The translations under genes and the position numbers were made by a program. The notes under the pieces are model-generated. The model did no database searches. It worked only from the letters and a program-made list of their open reading frames with translations, and was not told the origin of the DNA. Shown here piece after piece: positions 35,632 through 45,147 of a stretch of 64,000 nucleotides of DNA. Numbering within the stretch: the first letter of the stretch is position 1; each line of letters opens with the position of its first letter. Source of the DNA: an uncultured Dehalococcoidia bacterium (GTDB lineage: Bacteria > Chloroflexota > Dehalococcoidia > Lucifugimonadales > Australimonadaceae); assembly GCA_964560025.1 (NCBI GenBank), contig CAZLKC010000001.1:89010-153009 (forward strand). The letters are read 5' to 3'.

Positions 35632-36537
35632 GTGGAACTTTTCCCTCTCCTCGAAGCGCGCCAGCTCACCAAGCACTATGGCGCCACCATCGCGCTCGAG
35701 TCGGCTTCCTTCCAGATACGCGAGGGGATAACGGGACTGCTAGGCCCCAATGGCGCGGGTAAGAGCACCACCTTCAAACTCTTCCTCGGCCTCACCAGGC
35801 CCACCTCCGGCAGCGCGTGGGTGGCGGGCGAGGAGCCGTACAGCAACGTCGAGAACCGCGCCCGCCTCGGCTACATGCCTGAGTACGAAGCGCTGCCCGC
35901 CAGCGTAACCGCCTCCGAGTTCCTGATGCATATGGCTCAGGTGAGCGGCCTGCCCCCGTCGCAGGCGCGAACGCGCGCGGCGGACATCCTGCGCCACGTC
36001 GGCCTCGACGAGGAGCGCTACCGTCCGATGGGCGAGTACTCCACCGGTATGAAGCAGCGCGTCAAACTCGCCCAAGCCCTCGTCCACGACCCTATCCTCG
36101 TCCTCCTCGACGAACCCACCGCCGGGCTCGACCCGGGCGGGCGCGTCGAGATGCTCGACCTCATACGCCGCACCGGGCGCGACTTCGGCATCAGCATCGT
36201 CCTCTCAACCCACCTGATGGGCGACATCGAGCGCACCGCCGATCGCATCGTCGTCCTCGAAGGCGGCCATGTCACGGAAGAGGGCGAGGTGGCCGGGTTC
36301 ACGCAGGAGACGGAAGACCTGCAGATCGAGGTGGACGACAAGCGCGAAGAGGTGCTGGCCGCGCTGTCGGCCAGGCGCGTGAACGCGCGCGAAGCAGGCG
36401 CACTGATGGTGGTCGAGAACGCGGACGACGCCGCCTACGACGCTATCCGCGACGCGCTCGCCGAGACGGGCGCGCGTCTGCGCCGCCTCTCCCCGCGCCG
36501 CCGCTCCCTCACCGAGATATTCCAGGACGAAGCGTAG
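35632..36537 (+). CDS. ABC transporter ATP-binding protein (first of two)
   Basis: GTG start. Walker A GPNGAGKST, signature YSTGMKQR and Walker B ILVLLDEPTAGLD. Confidence 0.9.
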   Translation: MELFPLLEARQLTKHYGATIALESASFQIREGITGLLGPNGAGKSTTFKLFLGLTRPTSGSAWVAGEEPYSNVENRARLGYMPEYEALPASVTASEFLMHMAQVSGLPPSQARTRAADILRHVGLDEERYRPMGEYSTGMKQRVKLAQALVHDPILVLLDEPTAGLDPGGRVEMLDLIRRTGRDFGISIVLSTHLMGDIERTADRIVVLEGGHVTEEGEVAGFTQETEDLQIEVDDKREEVLAALSARRVNAREAGALMVVENADDAAYDAIRDALAETGARLRRLSPRRRSLTEIFQDEA

Positions 36538-36539
36538 CC

Positions 36540-37517
36540 GTGCAGCCCCAAGGCGAACTCTTCGACATCGGCTATCAGCGCTACGACGGCCCCCGCGAGG
36601 GCCGCCCCCGCGCGCGCCGCACCATCTTCGAGGACGGCATGCGCACCATCCTCGGCGTCGGGCGCGGGGGCCGCGCCAAGATTCTCCCCGCGCTGCTCTT
36701 CCTCTCCGCCATCATCCCCGCCCTCGTCTTCGTGCTCATCCTCTCTTTCGCCGGGCCCGGCGCGGACTTCCTGCCCGGCCCCGCCGACTACTACTCGGTC
36801 ATCTCTTTCCTCATGCTCATCTTCGCCGCCATCTCAGCCCCCGAACTGCTTGTCTCCGATCGGCGCAACAACGTCATCTACCTCTACCTCGTGCGCCCTC
36901 TCACCGTGAACGACTACCTGCTCGGGCGCTTCCTCGCCTTCTTCGTCCTCGTAACCGCGCTCGCCTACTCCGGCCAGATCATCCTCCAAGTCGGCATCAT
37001 CCTCACTGCGGCCGACCCCGTGCAGCACCTCCAAGACGAATGGACGGACATCCCGCGCTTCGTGGTCGCAGGGCTGGTGGTGGCGCTGTTCATCACGGCG
37101 CTGCCGATGGCCGCCGCCGCCTTCACCAACCGCCGCGCCTACGCCGCCGTCATCGTCATCGGCCTCTTCTTCATCTCTTCAGGCGTCGCCGATACCCTCA
37201 CCTCCTCCATCCCTACCTGCACGACGAGCGAAGTGCGCGACGAGGCGGGCAATGTCGTGGAGGTGGAGACGGTCTGTGAGTCGGAGGGATCCATAACGGG
37301 CGACGCCGCCAAGTGGTACTCGCTCATCAACCTGTCCGAGGCGCCCCTGCGCATCAACAATATGATCTTCGACATCGAGATTACCGGTGACGAAGGCTCG
37401 CCCTCCGCCATCGCCGGGGAGGAGCTGCCCGCCATCGTGCCCATCGCCGTCTATCTCTTCTTCACGGCGGGGCCGTTGGGGCTGCTGTGGCTGCGCTACC
37501 GGAGGATCCGCGCATGA
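36540..37517 (+). CDS. ABC-2-type membrane permease-like protein (first of two)
   Basis: 325 aa, GTG start. N-terminal LFDIGYQRYDGPREGR cytoplasmic segment followed by about 6 hydrophobic helices. Adjacent to and overlapping the neighbouring ATPase genes. Confidence 0.65.
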   Translation: MQPQGELFDIGYQRYDGPREGRPRARRTIFEDGMRTILGVGRGGRAKILPALLFLSAIIPALVFVLILSFAGPGADFLPGPADYYSVISFLMLIFAAISAPELLVSDRRNNVIYLYLVRPLTVNDYLLGRFLAFFVLVTALAYSGQIILQVGIILTAADPVQHLQDEWTDIPRFVVAGLVVALFITALPMAAAAFTNRRAYAAVIVIGLFFISSGVADTLTSSIPTCTTSEVRDEAGNVVEVETVCESEGSITGDAAKWYSLINLSEAPLRINNMIFDIEITGDEGSPSAIAGEELPAIVPIAVYLFFTAGPLGLLWLRYRRIRA

Positions 37518-38443
37518 CCGCGAGCAACGGCGCAACCATCGAGGTCAAGGGCGTCTCCAAGTGGTTCGGCAGCGTCGTCGCCGTCAACGACGTCTCCCTC
37601 AGCGTCTCCCCCGGGGTAACCGGCCTCCTCGGGCCCAACGGCGCGGGCAAGACCACGCTGCTGCATATGATTGCCGGTCTCTCTGCCGCGTCCAAGGGCG
37701 AGGTGCGCGTGCTCGGCGAGCCGGTGCGCAGCAACCACCGCATCTACGCGCGCCTCGGCGTGATGTCCGAGCACGAGGCCGTCTACGGCTTCCTCACCGG
37801 CCGCCAGTTCGTCGAATTCTCCGCCCGCTTGCAGGGCGTGAAGAACGTCCGCGCCAATACCGACTGGGCTATCGGCGCGGTGAACCTGCTTCCCGCCCAA
37901 GACCGCGCCTTGAACACCTACTCGCGCGGCATGCGCCAGCGCATGCGCCTCGCCGCCGCCCTCGTCCACGACCCCGCGGTGCTCATCCTCGACGAACCCC
38001 TCAACGGCACCGACCCGCGCCAGCGCATCGAGTTCCAAGACCTGATGCGCCGCGAGGGGCAGCAGGGCCGCACCATCCTGATTTCGTCGCACATCCTCGA
38101 GGAGGTGGAGACGCTGGCCGATTCCATCCTGCTCATTGTGAGCGGCAAGCTGGCCGCCGCGGGCGACTTCCGCGCCATCCGCGAGAAGCTGGAGGAGCGC
38201 CCCTTCCAAGTGCGCGTCCTCACCGGGGACACGCGCGCCGTCGCCGCCGCCCTTATGGCGCTCCCCGCCGTCGACTCCGTCGCCGTCGAGCCGGACGGCG
38301 CGCTCATCGTCCTCAGCCGCGACATCGGCGCGCTCCAACGCTCCATCCCGCGCCTCGCCCAGCAAGCAGGCGCGCGCCTCTACAGCGTCGAGCCTCTCGA
38401 CGAATCCCTCGACAGCGTATTCAGCTACGTGGTGCGCCGATGA
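37514..38443 (+). CDS. ABC transporter ATP-binding protein (second)
   Basis: Start MTASNGATIEVKG (ATGA overlap with the permease stop). Walker A GPNGAGKTT, signature YSRGMRQR and Walker B VLILDEPLNGTD. Confidence 0.9.
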   Translation: MTASNGATIEVKGVSKWFGSVVAVNDVSLSVSPGVTGLLGPNGAGKTTLLHMIAGLSAASKGEVRVLGEPVRSNHRIYARLGVMSEHEAVYGFLTGRQFVEFSARLQGVKNVRANTDWAIGAVNLLPAQDRALNTYSRGMRQRMRLAAALVHDPAVLILDEPLNGTDPRQRIEFQDLMRREGQQGRTILISSHILEEVETLADSILLIVSGKLAAAGDFRAIREKLEERPFQVRVLTGDTRAVAAALMALPAVDSVAVEPDGALIVLSRDIGALQRSIPRLAQQAGARLYSVEPLDESLDSVFSYVVRR

Positions 38444-38483
38444 ACCACGCTCTCCACAGCATGTCCGGCTGCGAGGCGCCCCG

Positions 38484-39218
38484 ATGATGGCGACGATGCT
38501 CCGCTTCTCGCTCAACCAGATGGTGGACAGACGCCGCATCGCCCTCGTGAGCATCCTCGCCCTCATCCCCGTCGGTCTGATGTTCATCATCAGCCAGCGG
38601 GTGGAGGCCGGAGACTCCCTCGACCCGAGTCCCATCCTCGACGGCCTCGTCATCGCCGGAGTGCTGCCGCTGATCGTCATGGCGCTCGCCACCTCCGCCT
38701 TCGGCAACGAACTCGAAGACCGCACGCTCAACAACCTCGTGCTCAAGCCCGTTAGCCGCGTCCTCATCGTGCTGCCCAAGATGGCCGCGTCGATGATCGT
38801 AGCCGTTCCCATCGTCCTGCTAGCCGGAGTCGCCGTTACGGCGTTGGCGCTGGGCGCGGGCGGCGCAGGCGTGGACACGCGCGCTGTGCTTGCCGCGAGC
38901 GCCGCCATACTCGCGGGCGCCGTCGCCTACGCCACTCTCTTCACCTGGCTCGGCCTCGCCACTGCCCGCGCCCTGCCTCTCGCCCTCGTCTACGTCTTCC
39001 TGTGGGAGGGCATCCTCGTTTCGTTCGTGAGCGGCACGCGCTACCTCAGCATCCGCGGCTACGCCCTAGGCATCCTCTACGGCCTAGACGACCAAACCTT
39101 CGCCGCCATAGGCAACCGCGCCATAGAGCTCCCCGCAGCAGCAGCCGGCGCCGTCCTAGTAACCATCGCCTTCGCCCTCCTCACCATCCGCCGCCTCCAA
39201 AAGATGGACGTGCCGTAG
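38484..39218 (+). CDS. ABC-2-type membrane permease-like protein (second)
   Basis: 244 aa with six predicted hydrophobic segments and the FGNELEDRTL motif common in ABC-2 permeases. Confidence 0.65.
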   Translation: MMATMLRFSLNQMVDRRRIALVSILALIPVGLMFIISQRVEAGDSLDPSPILDGLVIAGVLPLIVMALATSAFGNELEDRTLNNLVLKPVSRVLIVLPKMAASMIVAVPIVLLAGVAVTALALGAGGAGVDTRAVLAASAAILAGAVAYATLFTWLGLATARALPLALVYVFLWEGILVSFVSGTRYLSIRGYALGILYGLDDQTFAAIGNRAIELPAAAAGAVLVTIAFALLTIRRLQKMDVP

Positions 39219-39291
39219 GGGGCGGTGGGATAAGCGACTACGTTGTGAGTGATAGTGGGTCAAGGTTTGGAAAACGCCAGAGGCGAATCCC

Positions 39292-40992
39292 CTACCCCAC
39301 AAACACCGACAGCGCCACCAACTGTCCGCTGTATGTCGCGCCCCCGTCATCGCGCCACACCACGACCGTGTACACGCCTGCGCGACGGAGCAGCGTGCCC
39401 GTGCTCGTCTCCAACGTGAACCCGTGCTCCGTCTCTGTCCACTCGACGTCGGCGACCACCTCATTCGGGTCTAGGTCGGTGTAGTAGTAGCCGGGCTGCG
39501 GCGGCTCCAGGATGCGCGCAACCGCTTCGATGCCGTCGCACTGGTCGGTGAACCCGCCGCCGATGCAGTAGGCGTTGAGCTTCTCTATCTCCCCCGGCCT
39601 CTTGGGCGTGGGCGGCGGGTCATAGTAGATGGACACCACCGCGCCGACGCGCACGCCCTGCTCGCGCTTGACCAGGCTCAAGCGCAGCCGTCCGTTTTCA
39701 CTCAGCGAGGGCGGCTCGACCGCCTCCACCGCGCCGCCCTCGAAGTGCTGGACGAACGTCACGCGCCTGCCGTTGAACGCAATCCCGATGTTCACCGCGC
39801 GGTGGCTGGCGCGGAGGATGTTGTCGCGGTGTCCCCAATCCGCGTGCGCGTCGTCGTACATCATCAGGTAGTGCAACTCGCCGACCGCGTCGCGCACGTC
39901 GGGAACCTCGCACCTCACCCGCACGGAATCGCAGTTCCCTGCCCGCCACTCGCGGTCCGTCCAGCCCCACGTAGCGACGTTCTCCGCCGCGTAGCTTCCC
40001 CCGCCCGTCTGCGTATACACCATGTACGGCTTGCGCCCGTCCGCCCACCAATGGCCGTACGTGTCGTTGGCGATCATATCGTCCGCGTGCATTTGCGCGG
40101 CGGGGTTCGTCCCCAGCACCACCGGGGCGGCGCCGTGCGTGGCGCGGTCGCGGTTGACGAGGTCGAGTGCGAATTCGCGCAGTTCCTGCAACCGCCGCAG
40201 CGAGCCTCCGAGCGGCGTAGGCGTAGGGGCGGGCGTCACCGTTGGCGTGGGCGTCGGGGTGGGCGTAGGGGTCAGTGTCGGCGTAGCCGTAGGTACGGGT
40301 GTAGGCGATGGTGTAGGAGTCGGCGAGGGGGTGGGCGTGGGCACGGGCGTAGGCAGAGGCGCGTTGCGGCGCAGAGCCACCTCCGCGCCGTTCAGCAGGT
40401 TGAGCGGCGATTCGGCGGACTTGAACGCCCAAGCGTCGTACTCGATCCCACCGATGCTCACGAAATCGCGGATGCGCTCCCACATTGTGACGTTCACGCC
40501 TCCGCTCCCGTCGATGGCGATCAACCGCGGGTAGTGGCTCGGCTGAAGTACGGCGAGGAACCGCTCCCCTCGCGCGATAGGCCCGACGGCCAACTGTGCA
40601 GCGTCCCAGGGGTAGCGCTGCGCGAACTCGCGCACGTACTCCTCCGTAACCTGCCCGCGCGACGTGGCGAGCACCACCCAGATGCTCGGCGGCGGGATGT
40701 CCGGCGTCGGCGTAGGCGTGGGTGGAGGTGTCGGCGTAGGCGATGGCGTAGGCGTGGCCGCAGGAGGCGCAGCAGCAGGCAACGGCGTAGGCGTAGGCGC
40801 AAGGGCCGGGGTTGGCGTAAGCGTGGGCGTCGCCGTCGGCGGGGGCGCCGCTATCTGGGGGAGAGGTTGCTCCGGCAAGCCGTAGAGGTAGACGTAGGCC
40901 GCCGCTCCGCCGCCCGCGATCAGCAGCGCACCAACCAAGACGCCGAGCAGGAACATCCGCGAGCCTCGACGCTGCGGACGCGCGGCGCTCAT
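39292..40992 (-). CDS. Membrane-anchored, PT-linker-rich extracellular protein with a CAP/SCP (PR-1-like) domain
   Basis: 566 aa. N-terminal anchor [23 protein letters not shown], two Pro/Thr linkers, and a central block [15 protein letters not shown]...[23 protein letters not shown]...YAAENVA matching the bacterial CAP (YkwD-like) pattern. The flanking domains are unassigned. Confidence 0.7.
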   Translation of the reverse strand: MSAARPQRRGSRMFLLGVLVGALLIAGGGAAAYVYLYGLPEQPLPQIAAPPPTATPTLTPTPALAPTPTPLPAAAPPAATPTPSPTPTPPPTPTPTPDIPPPSIWVVLATSRGQVTEEYVREFAQRYPWDAAQLAVGPIARGERFLAVLQPSHYPRLIAIDGSGGVNVTMWERIRDFVSIGGIEYDAWAFKSAESPLNLLNGAEVALRRNAPLPTPVPTPTPSPTPTPSPTPVPTATPTLTPTPTPTPTPTVTPAPTPTPLGGSLRRLQELREFALDLVNRDRATHGAAPVVLGTNPAAQMHADDMIANDTYGHWWADGRKPYMVYTQTGGGSYAAENVATWGWTDREWRAGNCDSVRVRCEVPDVRDAVGELHYLMMYDDAHADWGHRDNILRASHRAVNIGIAFNGRRVTFVQHFEGGAVEAVEPPSLSENGRLRLSLVKREQGVRVGAVVSIYYDPPPTPKRPGEIEKLNAYCIGGGFTDQCDGIEAVARILEPPQPGYYYTDLDPNEVVADVEWTETEHGFTLETSTGTLLRRAGVYTVVVWRDDGGATYSGQLVALSVFVG

Positions 40993-41076
40993 CTGCTGCC
41001 GGCCCTCGCGCGCTTCCTGTTGACGCTCCCGCCGGTCGAGTGCTCTTGCCTTCCGCTCATGCTCCTTCTGCTCGCG

Positions 41077-41688
41077 CTACTCGCGCCTCTCCCGTGATTC
41101 CTGTTTGCGTTCCTCACGCGCCAGCCGCTCGCGCTCTTCGCGCTCGCGTTCTTCCCGCTCACGCCGCCCTCGCTCCCACTCCTCGCCTACTTGCTCAACC
41201 TGCTCCCATAGTTGCCGTTTGCGCTCTTCCGCTCGCTGCGCCTGCTCCGAGGCCGGTCGCTGCCAATCGTGTTCGCCCTGCGCCTCTGACGCCTGCCGCC
41301 GCCGCTCCTGCTCCCACTCGCGGTAGCGAACCAACTCCCCGTCGTAGCCGGAGCCGAAGCAATGCGGGCAGCGTAGCCACTGTCCGCCGGGGTCGTTGCC
41401 GACCTCCTGCGCGTGGACGCGCCCTCCGCCGTCGCACGTGCGGCAGACGGCGCCATCGATGACCTGCACCTGATGGCCCGAGCGTCGGTGCTCGACCAGG
41501 TGCGGCCCGCACAACGGCAGCGATTCGTGGATGCAGAATCCCGCCGCCTGCTCCGTGCAATAGGTGAGGGCGCAGCCGGCGCGGTTTGGGTTATGCGTGT
41601 GCACCGTCCACGCCGAGCGCGTGAAACTGCCCCCGCATTCGCGGCAATAGACGAGGCCGCTGCCCTCTCGGCTATCCACGGGGCGCAT
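41077..41688 (-). CDS. Cys-rich protein with DnaJ-type CxxCxGxG zinc-finger repeats and a long Glu/Arg-rich tail
   Basis: 203 aa with CRECGG, CRTCDGGG and CPHCFGSG motifs. The last ~80 aa are an E/R/Q-rich charged helix (…EREEREREERERLAREERKQESRERRE). Confidence 0.55.
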   Translation of the reverse strand: MRPVDSREGSGLVYCRECGGSFTRSAWTVHTHNPNRAGCALTYCTEQAAGFCIHESLPLCGPHLVEHRRSGHQVQVIDGAVCRTCDGGGRVHAQEVGNDPGGQWLRCPHCFGSGYDGELVRYREWEQERRRQASEAQGEHDWQRPASEQAQRAEERKRQLWEQVEQVGEEWERGRREREEREREERERLAREERKQESRERRE

Positions 41689-41731
41689 CTTACGTCCGCA
41701 GCGCCGCGCTAGGAGAAGGGCGCGGGAACGC

Positions 41732-41806
<75 letters not shown>

Positions 41807-41952
41807 GCGCTCTTTCCATCGTAAGGGCGGCGAGGCGCGCGCGTCAACGCGGCGCGGGCGCCTGCGCCCCCGAAGCCTGGCAACAAACAGGCCTTGCGAA
41901 GGCAGATACCTCAAACGACGGTACGCGCCTACAGCCCCACCGCCACACGTAG

Positions 41953-41973
41953 GGACAGGTTTCAAACCTGTCC
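41953..41973. repeat. Near-perfect palindrome GGACAGGTTT-C-AAACCTGTCC
   Basis: 10-bp arms around one central base. This is the 'GLKPVP'-type short palindrome seen as intergenic filler in several phyla. Only one copy occurs in this window. Confidence 0.5.
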
Positions 41974-41995
41974 TTGCCCCCTCCCCCTCATTTCG

Positions 41996-42024
41996 TTGAC
42001 CGCGCAACCACTGCGCCGTACACT
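41996..42024 (+). promoter_or_regulatory. Sigma70-like promoter candidate (TTGACC-17 nt-TACACT) for the MFS gene
   Basis: TTGACC at 41996-42001, an exact 17-nt spacer and TACACT at 42019-42024. The ATG at 42040 is only 16 nt past the -10 box, so the transcript would be leaderless or nearly so, and no SD sequence is visible. Confidence 0.4.
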
Positions 42025-42039
42025 GGGCGCCGCCCCCCT

Positions 42040-43323
42040 ATGAACCACCAACAGCGCACGCCTGCCGCCATCCGCGAACGCGGAGGGCAGCGCCCGCAGT
42101 GGCGCAGCGCCTTCAGCGCCCTGCGCCACCCCAACTTCCGCCTGCTATGGACGAGCACCCTCTTCGTCAGCGGCGGCAACTGGGTGCAGCAGGTCACGCT
42201 CGGCTGGCTCGCCTTCCACCTCAGCGGCTCCGCCCTCCAGGTCTCCGTCGTGCTGGGGCTGCGCGCCATCCCCCTGCTGCTCGCCCCCGTCGCAGGGGTG
42301 CTCGCCGACCGCTTCGACCGCCGCAAGGTCTTGCTCATCGACCAAGCCTTCCTCGCCATGCTCGCCGTCGGGTTCGCCCTCGTCGTCCTCGCCGATATCG
42401 TGCAGATGTGGCACCTCTACCTCTTCTCCCTCCTCACCGGCATAGGCTGGAGCATCAACAACCCCACGCGCCAAACCCTCGTCAGCAACGCCGTCCCCCG
42501 CGAAAGCCTGATGAACGCCGTCGCGCTCAACTCAATGGCGTTCAACACCACCCGCATCTTCGGCCCCGCAGCCGGAGGCTTCCTCATCACCTTCTTCGGC
42601 CCCGGCGTCAACTTCTTGCTCCAAGCCTTCTTCTACGTCGGCGTTATGGCGCTCATCATCCCCTTCCGCGCCGAGTACGCCTCGGGCGAACGCGCCAGCC
42701 GCGACGTCTCCATCCTCCACAACCTCCGCGAGGGCTTCGCCTACGTAACCAGCGACCGCACCACCCTCACCGTCATCCTCGTCGCCCTCGTCCCCACGCT
42801 CACCATGATGTCCTCCACGATGACGCTTATGCCCGTCTACGCCGTCGAAGTCCTCGGTCAGGCGCGCGACGAAGGCAACGAACTCGGCCTGCTGCTCACC
42901 GGGGCAGGCATCGGCGGATTCCTCGGCACCCTGCTTATGGCGATGTTCAGCCAGGTGCGCGCCAAGGGGCGTCTCATCCTCGCCGCCCTCACCATCGGCG
43001 GCCTCGGCATCATCGTCTTCTCCCAACTCGACACCCTCGCCGCCGCGATGGGCGCCCTCGTCGTCGTCCAGGCCGCCCTGATGGTCAATATGACCACCAA
43101 CAACACCGTCCTCCAGATGATCACGCCCGACTGGATGCGCGGGCGCGTGATGGGCGTCTATATGATGGACATCGGCATGATGCCCCTCGGCGGCGTCGTC
43201 GCCGGCCTCGTCGCCGACTCCTTCGGCGTCCAAACCGCCCTTTGGGCCAGCGCCTCCATCGGCCTAGCCGCCGTAGCCATCGTCGCCGCCCTCAACCCAG
43301 GGTTCCGCCGACTGCGCGTCTAG
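42040..43323 (+). CDS. MFS transporter (EntS/MFS_3-like)
   Basis: Start MNHQQRTPAAIRERGG inside track ORF 41974..43323. NFRLLWTSTLFVSGGNWVQQVTLGWL and GVLADRFDRRKVL are typical of this subfamily. 12 hydrophobic segments. Confidence 0.8.
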   Translation: MNHQQRTPAAIRERGGQRPQWRSAFSALRHPNFRLLWTSTLFVSGGNWVQQVTLGWLAFHLSGSALQVSVVLGLRAIPLLLAPVAGVLADRFDRRKVLLIDQAFLAMLAVGFALVVLADIVQMWHLYLFSLLTGIGWSINNPTRQTLVSNAVPRESLMNAVALNSMAFNTTRIFGPAAGGFLITFFGPGVNFLLQAFFYVGVMALIIPFRAEYASGERASRDVSILHNLREGFAYVTSDRTTLTVILVALVPTLTMMSSTMTLMPVYAVEVLGQARDEGNELGLLLTGAGIGGFLGTLLMAMFSQVRAKGRLILAALTIGGLGIIVFSQLDTLAAAMGALVVVQAALMVNMTTNNTVLQMITPDWMRGRVMGVYMMDIGMMPLGGVVAGLVADSFGVQTALWASASIGLAAVAIVAALNPGFRRLRV

Positions 43324-43328
43324 CGTCC

Positions 43329-44705
43329 CTACCCCGTCCCCAGCGCCGCCTTGAGCGCCGCTCCCAACGCCGCCCCCTGGCCCGGCAGCACCGTCCGCAG
43401 GTCGAGCAGCAGGCGGTCAGCCTCGATGCGCCCCAACACCGCTGGATCGCCCGTCCGCAGCCGCCGCGCCAGCCCCTCCGCGCCGCCGCGCGCCTCCTCT
43501 CCGCCGACGCTCACTAACCGCGTCGGCAGCGTATCGCCCGGCAGACTGCCGCCGCCAACCGTGGACAACCCCTCGACCACGCGCGCGTCGCCGCCCGCCG
43601 CCTCCGCCACTGTGCGCGCCCGCGTCTCCAACTCCTCCACGCCCGCCGCGATCATCCGCCACACCGGCAATTCGCGCTCCGCCTCCCCGCGCGCGTAGTG
43701 GAGCAACGTCGCGTGCAACGCCGCCAGCGTCATCTTGTCCGCCCGCAAAGGACGCGCCAGCGGGTGCCGCGCCAATCGCTCCACCAGCGCCGCCTTGCCC
43801 AACGCGACACCCGCCTGCGGCCCTCCCAGCAGCTTGTCGCCCGACACGAACACCAACCCCGCGCCCGCCGCTATGCTCTCCCGAGGCGTCCACTCGTGCA
43901 CCAACCCGTAGGCCGCCGTATCCAGCAACGCCCCGCTGCCCAGGTCGTGCAGCAGCGGCACGCCTTGCGCCTTGGCGACCGCCGCAACCTCCCCCAACGC
44001 CGCCTCGTGCGTGAACCCCACCACGCGGAAGTTCGAGCGGTGCACGACCAGCACAGCGGCGGTATCCTCGCCGATAGCCTCGTCGTAATCACGCGCGTAG
44101 GTGCGGTTCACCGTCCCCACCTCGACCATCCGCGCCCCGCTCTGCCGCAGCACGTCCGGAATGCGGAACCCGCCCCCTATCTCGCTCGCCTCTCCCCGCG
44201 CCACCACCACCTCCCTGCCCGCCCCCAACGCCGCCATCGCCAGCAGCACCGCCCCCGCGTTGTTGTTCACCACCATCGCGTCCTCCGCCCCCGTCAACCG
44301 GCGCAGCAGCGCCGCAACCGCCCGATGCCGCGAAGACCGCTTGCCCGACTCGAGGTCGAGCTCGAGGTCGGAGTACTCAGTCGCCGCCGCGGCCGCCGCC
44401 CGCGCGCTCGCGTCGGAAAGCGGCGCCCGCCCCAGGTTCGTGTGCAGGATCACGCCCGTCGCGTTGATGACCGGCGCAGGCCAAGCCCTCCGCTCCCGCG
44501 CCAACTGCCCCGCAGCCGCAGCCGCCACCTCCCCGGCGTCCGGCGCTCCCTCGCCCGCCGCCAGCGACGCGCGAGACGCCTCCAGCGCCTCCCGCACCGC
44601 CTCCACCACGACAGCGCGGTCATAGACCGCGAGCGTCTCCGCGAGCGCCTCTTCCGTCAGCACCCGATCGACGCTCGGCAACCTGCGATACGGATTCGCC
44701 GCCAC
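43329..44705 (-). CDS. selA: L-seryl-tRNA(Sec) selenium transferase
   Basis: 458 aa, GTG start. LPSVDRVL, VINATGVILHTNLGRAPL, EYSDLELDLESGKRSSR, MVVNNNAGAVLL, VVHRSNFRVVGF and the PLP-Lys context SGDKLLGGPQAG are all SelA signatures. Confidence 0.9.
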   Translation of the reverse strand: MAANPYRRLPSVDRVLTEEALAETLAVYDRAVVVEAVREALEASRASLAAGEGAPDAGEVAAAAAGQLARERRAWPAPVINATGVILHTNLGRAPLSDASARAAAAAATEYSDLELDLESGKRSSRHRAVAALLRRLTGAEDAMVVNNNAGAVLLAMAALGAGREVVVARGEASEIGGGFRIPDVLRQSGARMVEVGTVNRTYARDYDEAIGEDTAAVLVVHRSNFRVVGFTHEAALGEVAAVAKAQGVPLLHDLGSGALLDTAAYGLVHEWTPRESIAAGAGLVFVSGDKLLGGPQAGVALGKAALVERLARHPLARPLRADKMTLAALHATLLHYARGEAERELPVWRMIAAGVEELETRARTVAEAAGGDARVVEGLSTVGGGSLPGDTLPTRLVSVGGEEARGGAEGLARRLRTGDPAVLGRIEADRLLLDLRTVLPGQGAALGAALKAALGTG

Positions 44706-44760
44706 CCCGCCATTATCGCACGCCCCCGCCTACCCTATCCGCTCGCCCTGCACCCTCCCA

Positions 44761-44775
44761 TCCGTTCGCCCTGAG
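44761..44775. repeat. Truncated copy D of the CCGTTCGCCCTGAG palindromic repeat, cut by the IS relic
   Basis: TCCGTTCGCCCTGAG matches the left arm and loop start of copy B, then continues directly into the IS inverted repeat. The preceding CCGCTCGCCCTGCACCCTCCCA resembles the C-rich linker of copy B. Confidence 0.55.
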
Positions 44776-45147
44776 AGGGTGTCCTAAGAAGGGGCAGGGT
44801 GCGCTAATCGGTATAGGCGGATATTGGTCATCGCTAGGTAGCCCCACGCCTCCGTCGTTTGCGGCAGTTCCTCGTAGTCCCTGCTCAAACGGCGGTAGCG
44901 TCCTAGCCACGCGAACGTCCGCTCGACCACCCATCGGTGCGCAGGACGTACAAGGTGGCGTTGACCACCTCGCGCCGGGGGTAGATGATGCGGCACCCTA
45001 TGGGGGAAGGCGCAGGCAGCAGGGGTTCGAGCAGGCTCCATTCGGCATCGGTGAGGTCGCTGAGGTAGGCTTATCTGTCCATAGACAGGGCTTACGCCAA
45101 TTGCCCTCCCGCCCCTAGCGGTTTCGCTTCCCATTTTAGACATCCTC
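44775..45147 (-). mobile_element. Internally deleted IS5-family insertion sequence relic (~373 bp) with imperfect terminal inverted repeats
   Basis: Ends GAGGGTGTCCTAAGAAGGGG (44775-44794) versus the reverse complement of 45129-45147, GAGGATGTCTAAAATGGGA. Inside are N- and C-terminal transposase remnants only. Confidence 0.7.
44784..45058 (-). pseudogene. IS5-family (DDE) transposase remnant: N-terminal ~45 codons fused out of frame to C-terminal ~50 codons
   Basis: One frame reads [41 protein letters not shown] (the DUF4096-type N-terminus). Another reads [46 protein letters not shown] (the conserved IS5 C-terminus). The entire catalytic core is missing. Confidence 0.75.

Noticed and set aside
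40195-40860. Short-period DNA repeats (GGCGTAGG / GGCGTGGG units) that superficially resemble a repeat array
   Set aside because: They are codon-level repeats encoding the (Pro-Thr/Ser)n linkers of the CAP-domain protein. There is no spacer/repeat architecture, so this is not CRISPR.
41077-41300. Low-complexity CGCTC/TTCCCGCTC-rich DNA
   Set aside because: It encodes the Glu/Arg-rich tail of the zinc-finger protein on the minus strand. It is not an independent repeat element.
44706-44790. Search for tRNA-Sec (selC) next to selA
   Set aside because: No cloverleaf, no UCA anticodon loop and no long extra arm could be folded. The sequence is accounted for by repeat and IS-end sequence.
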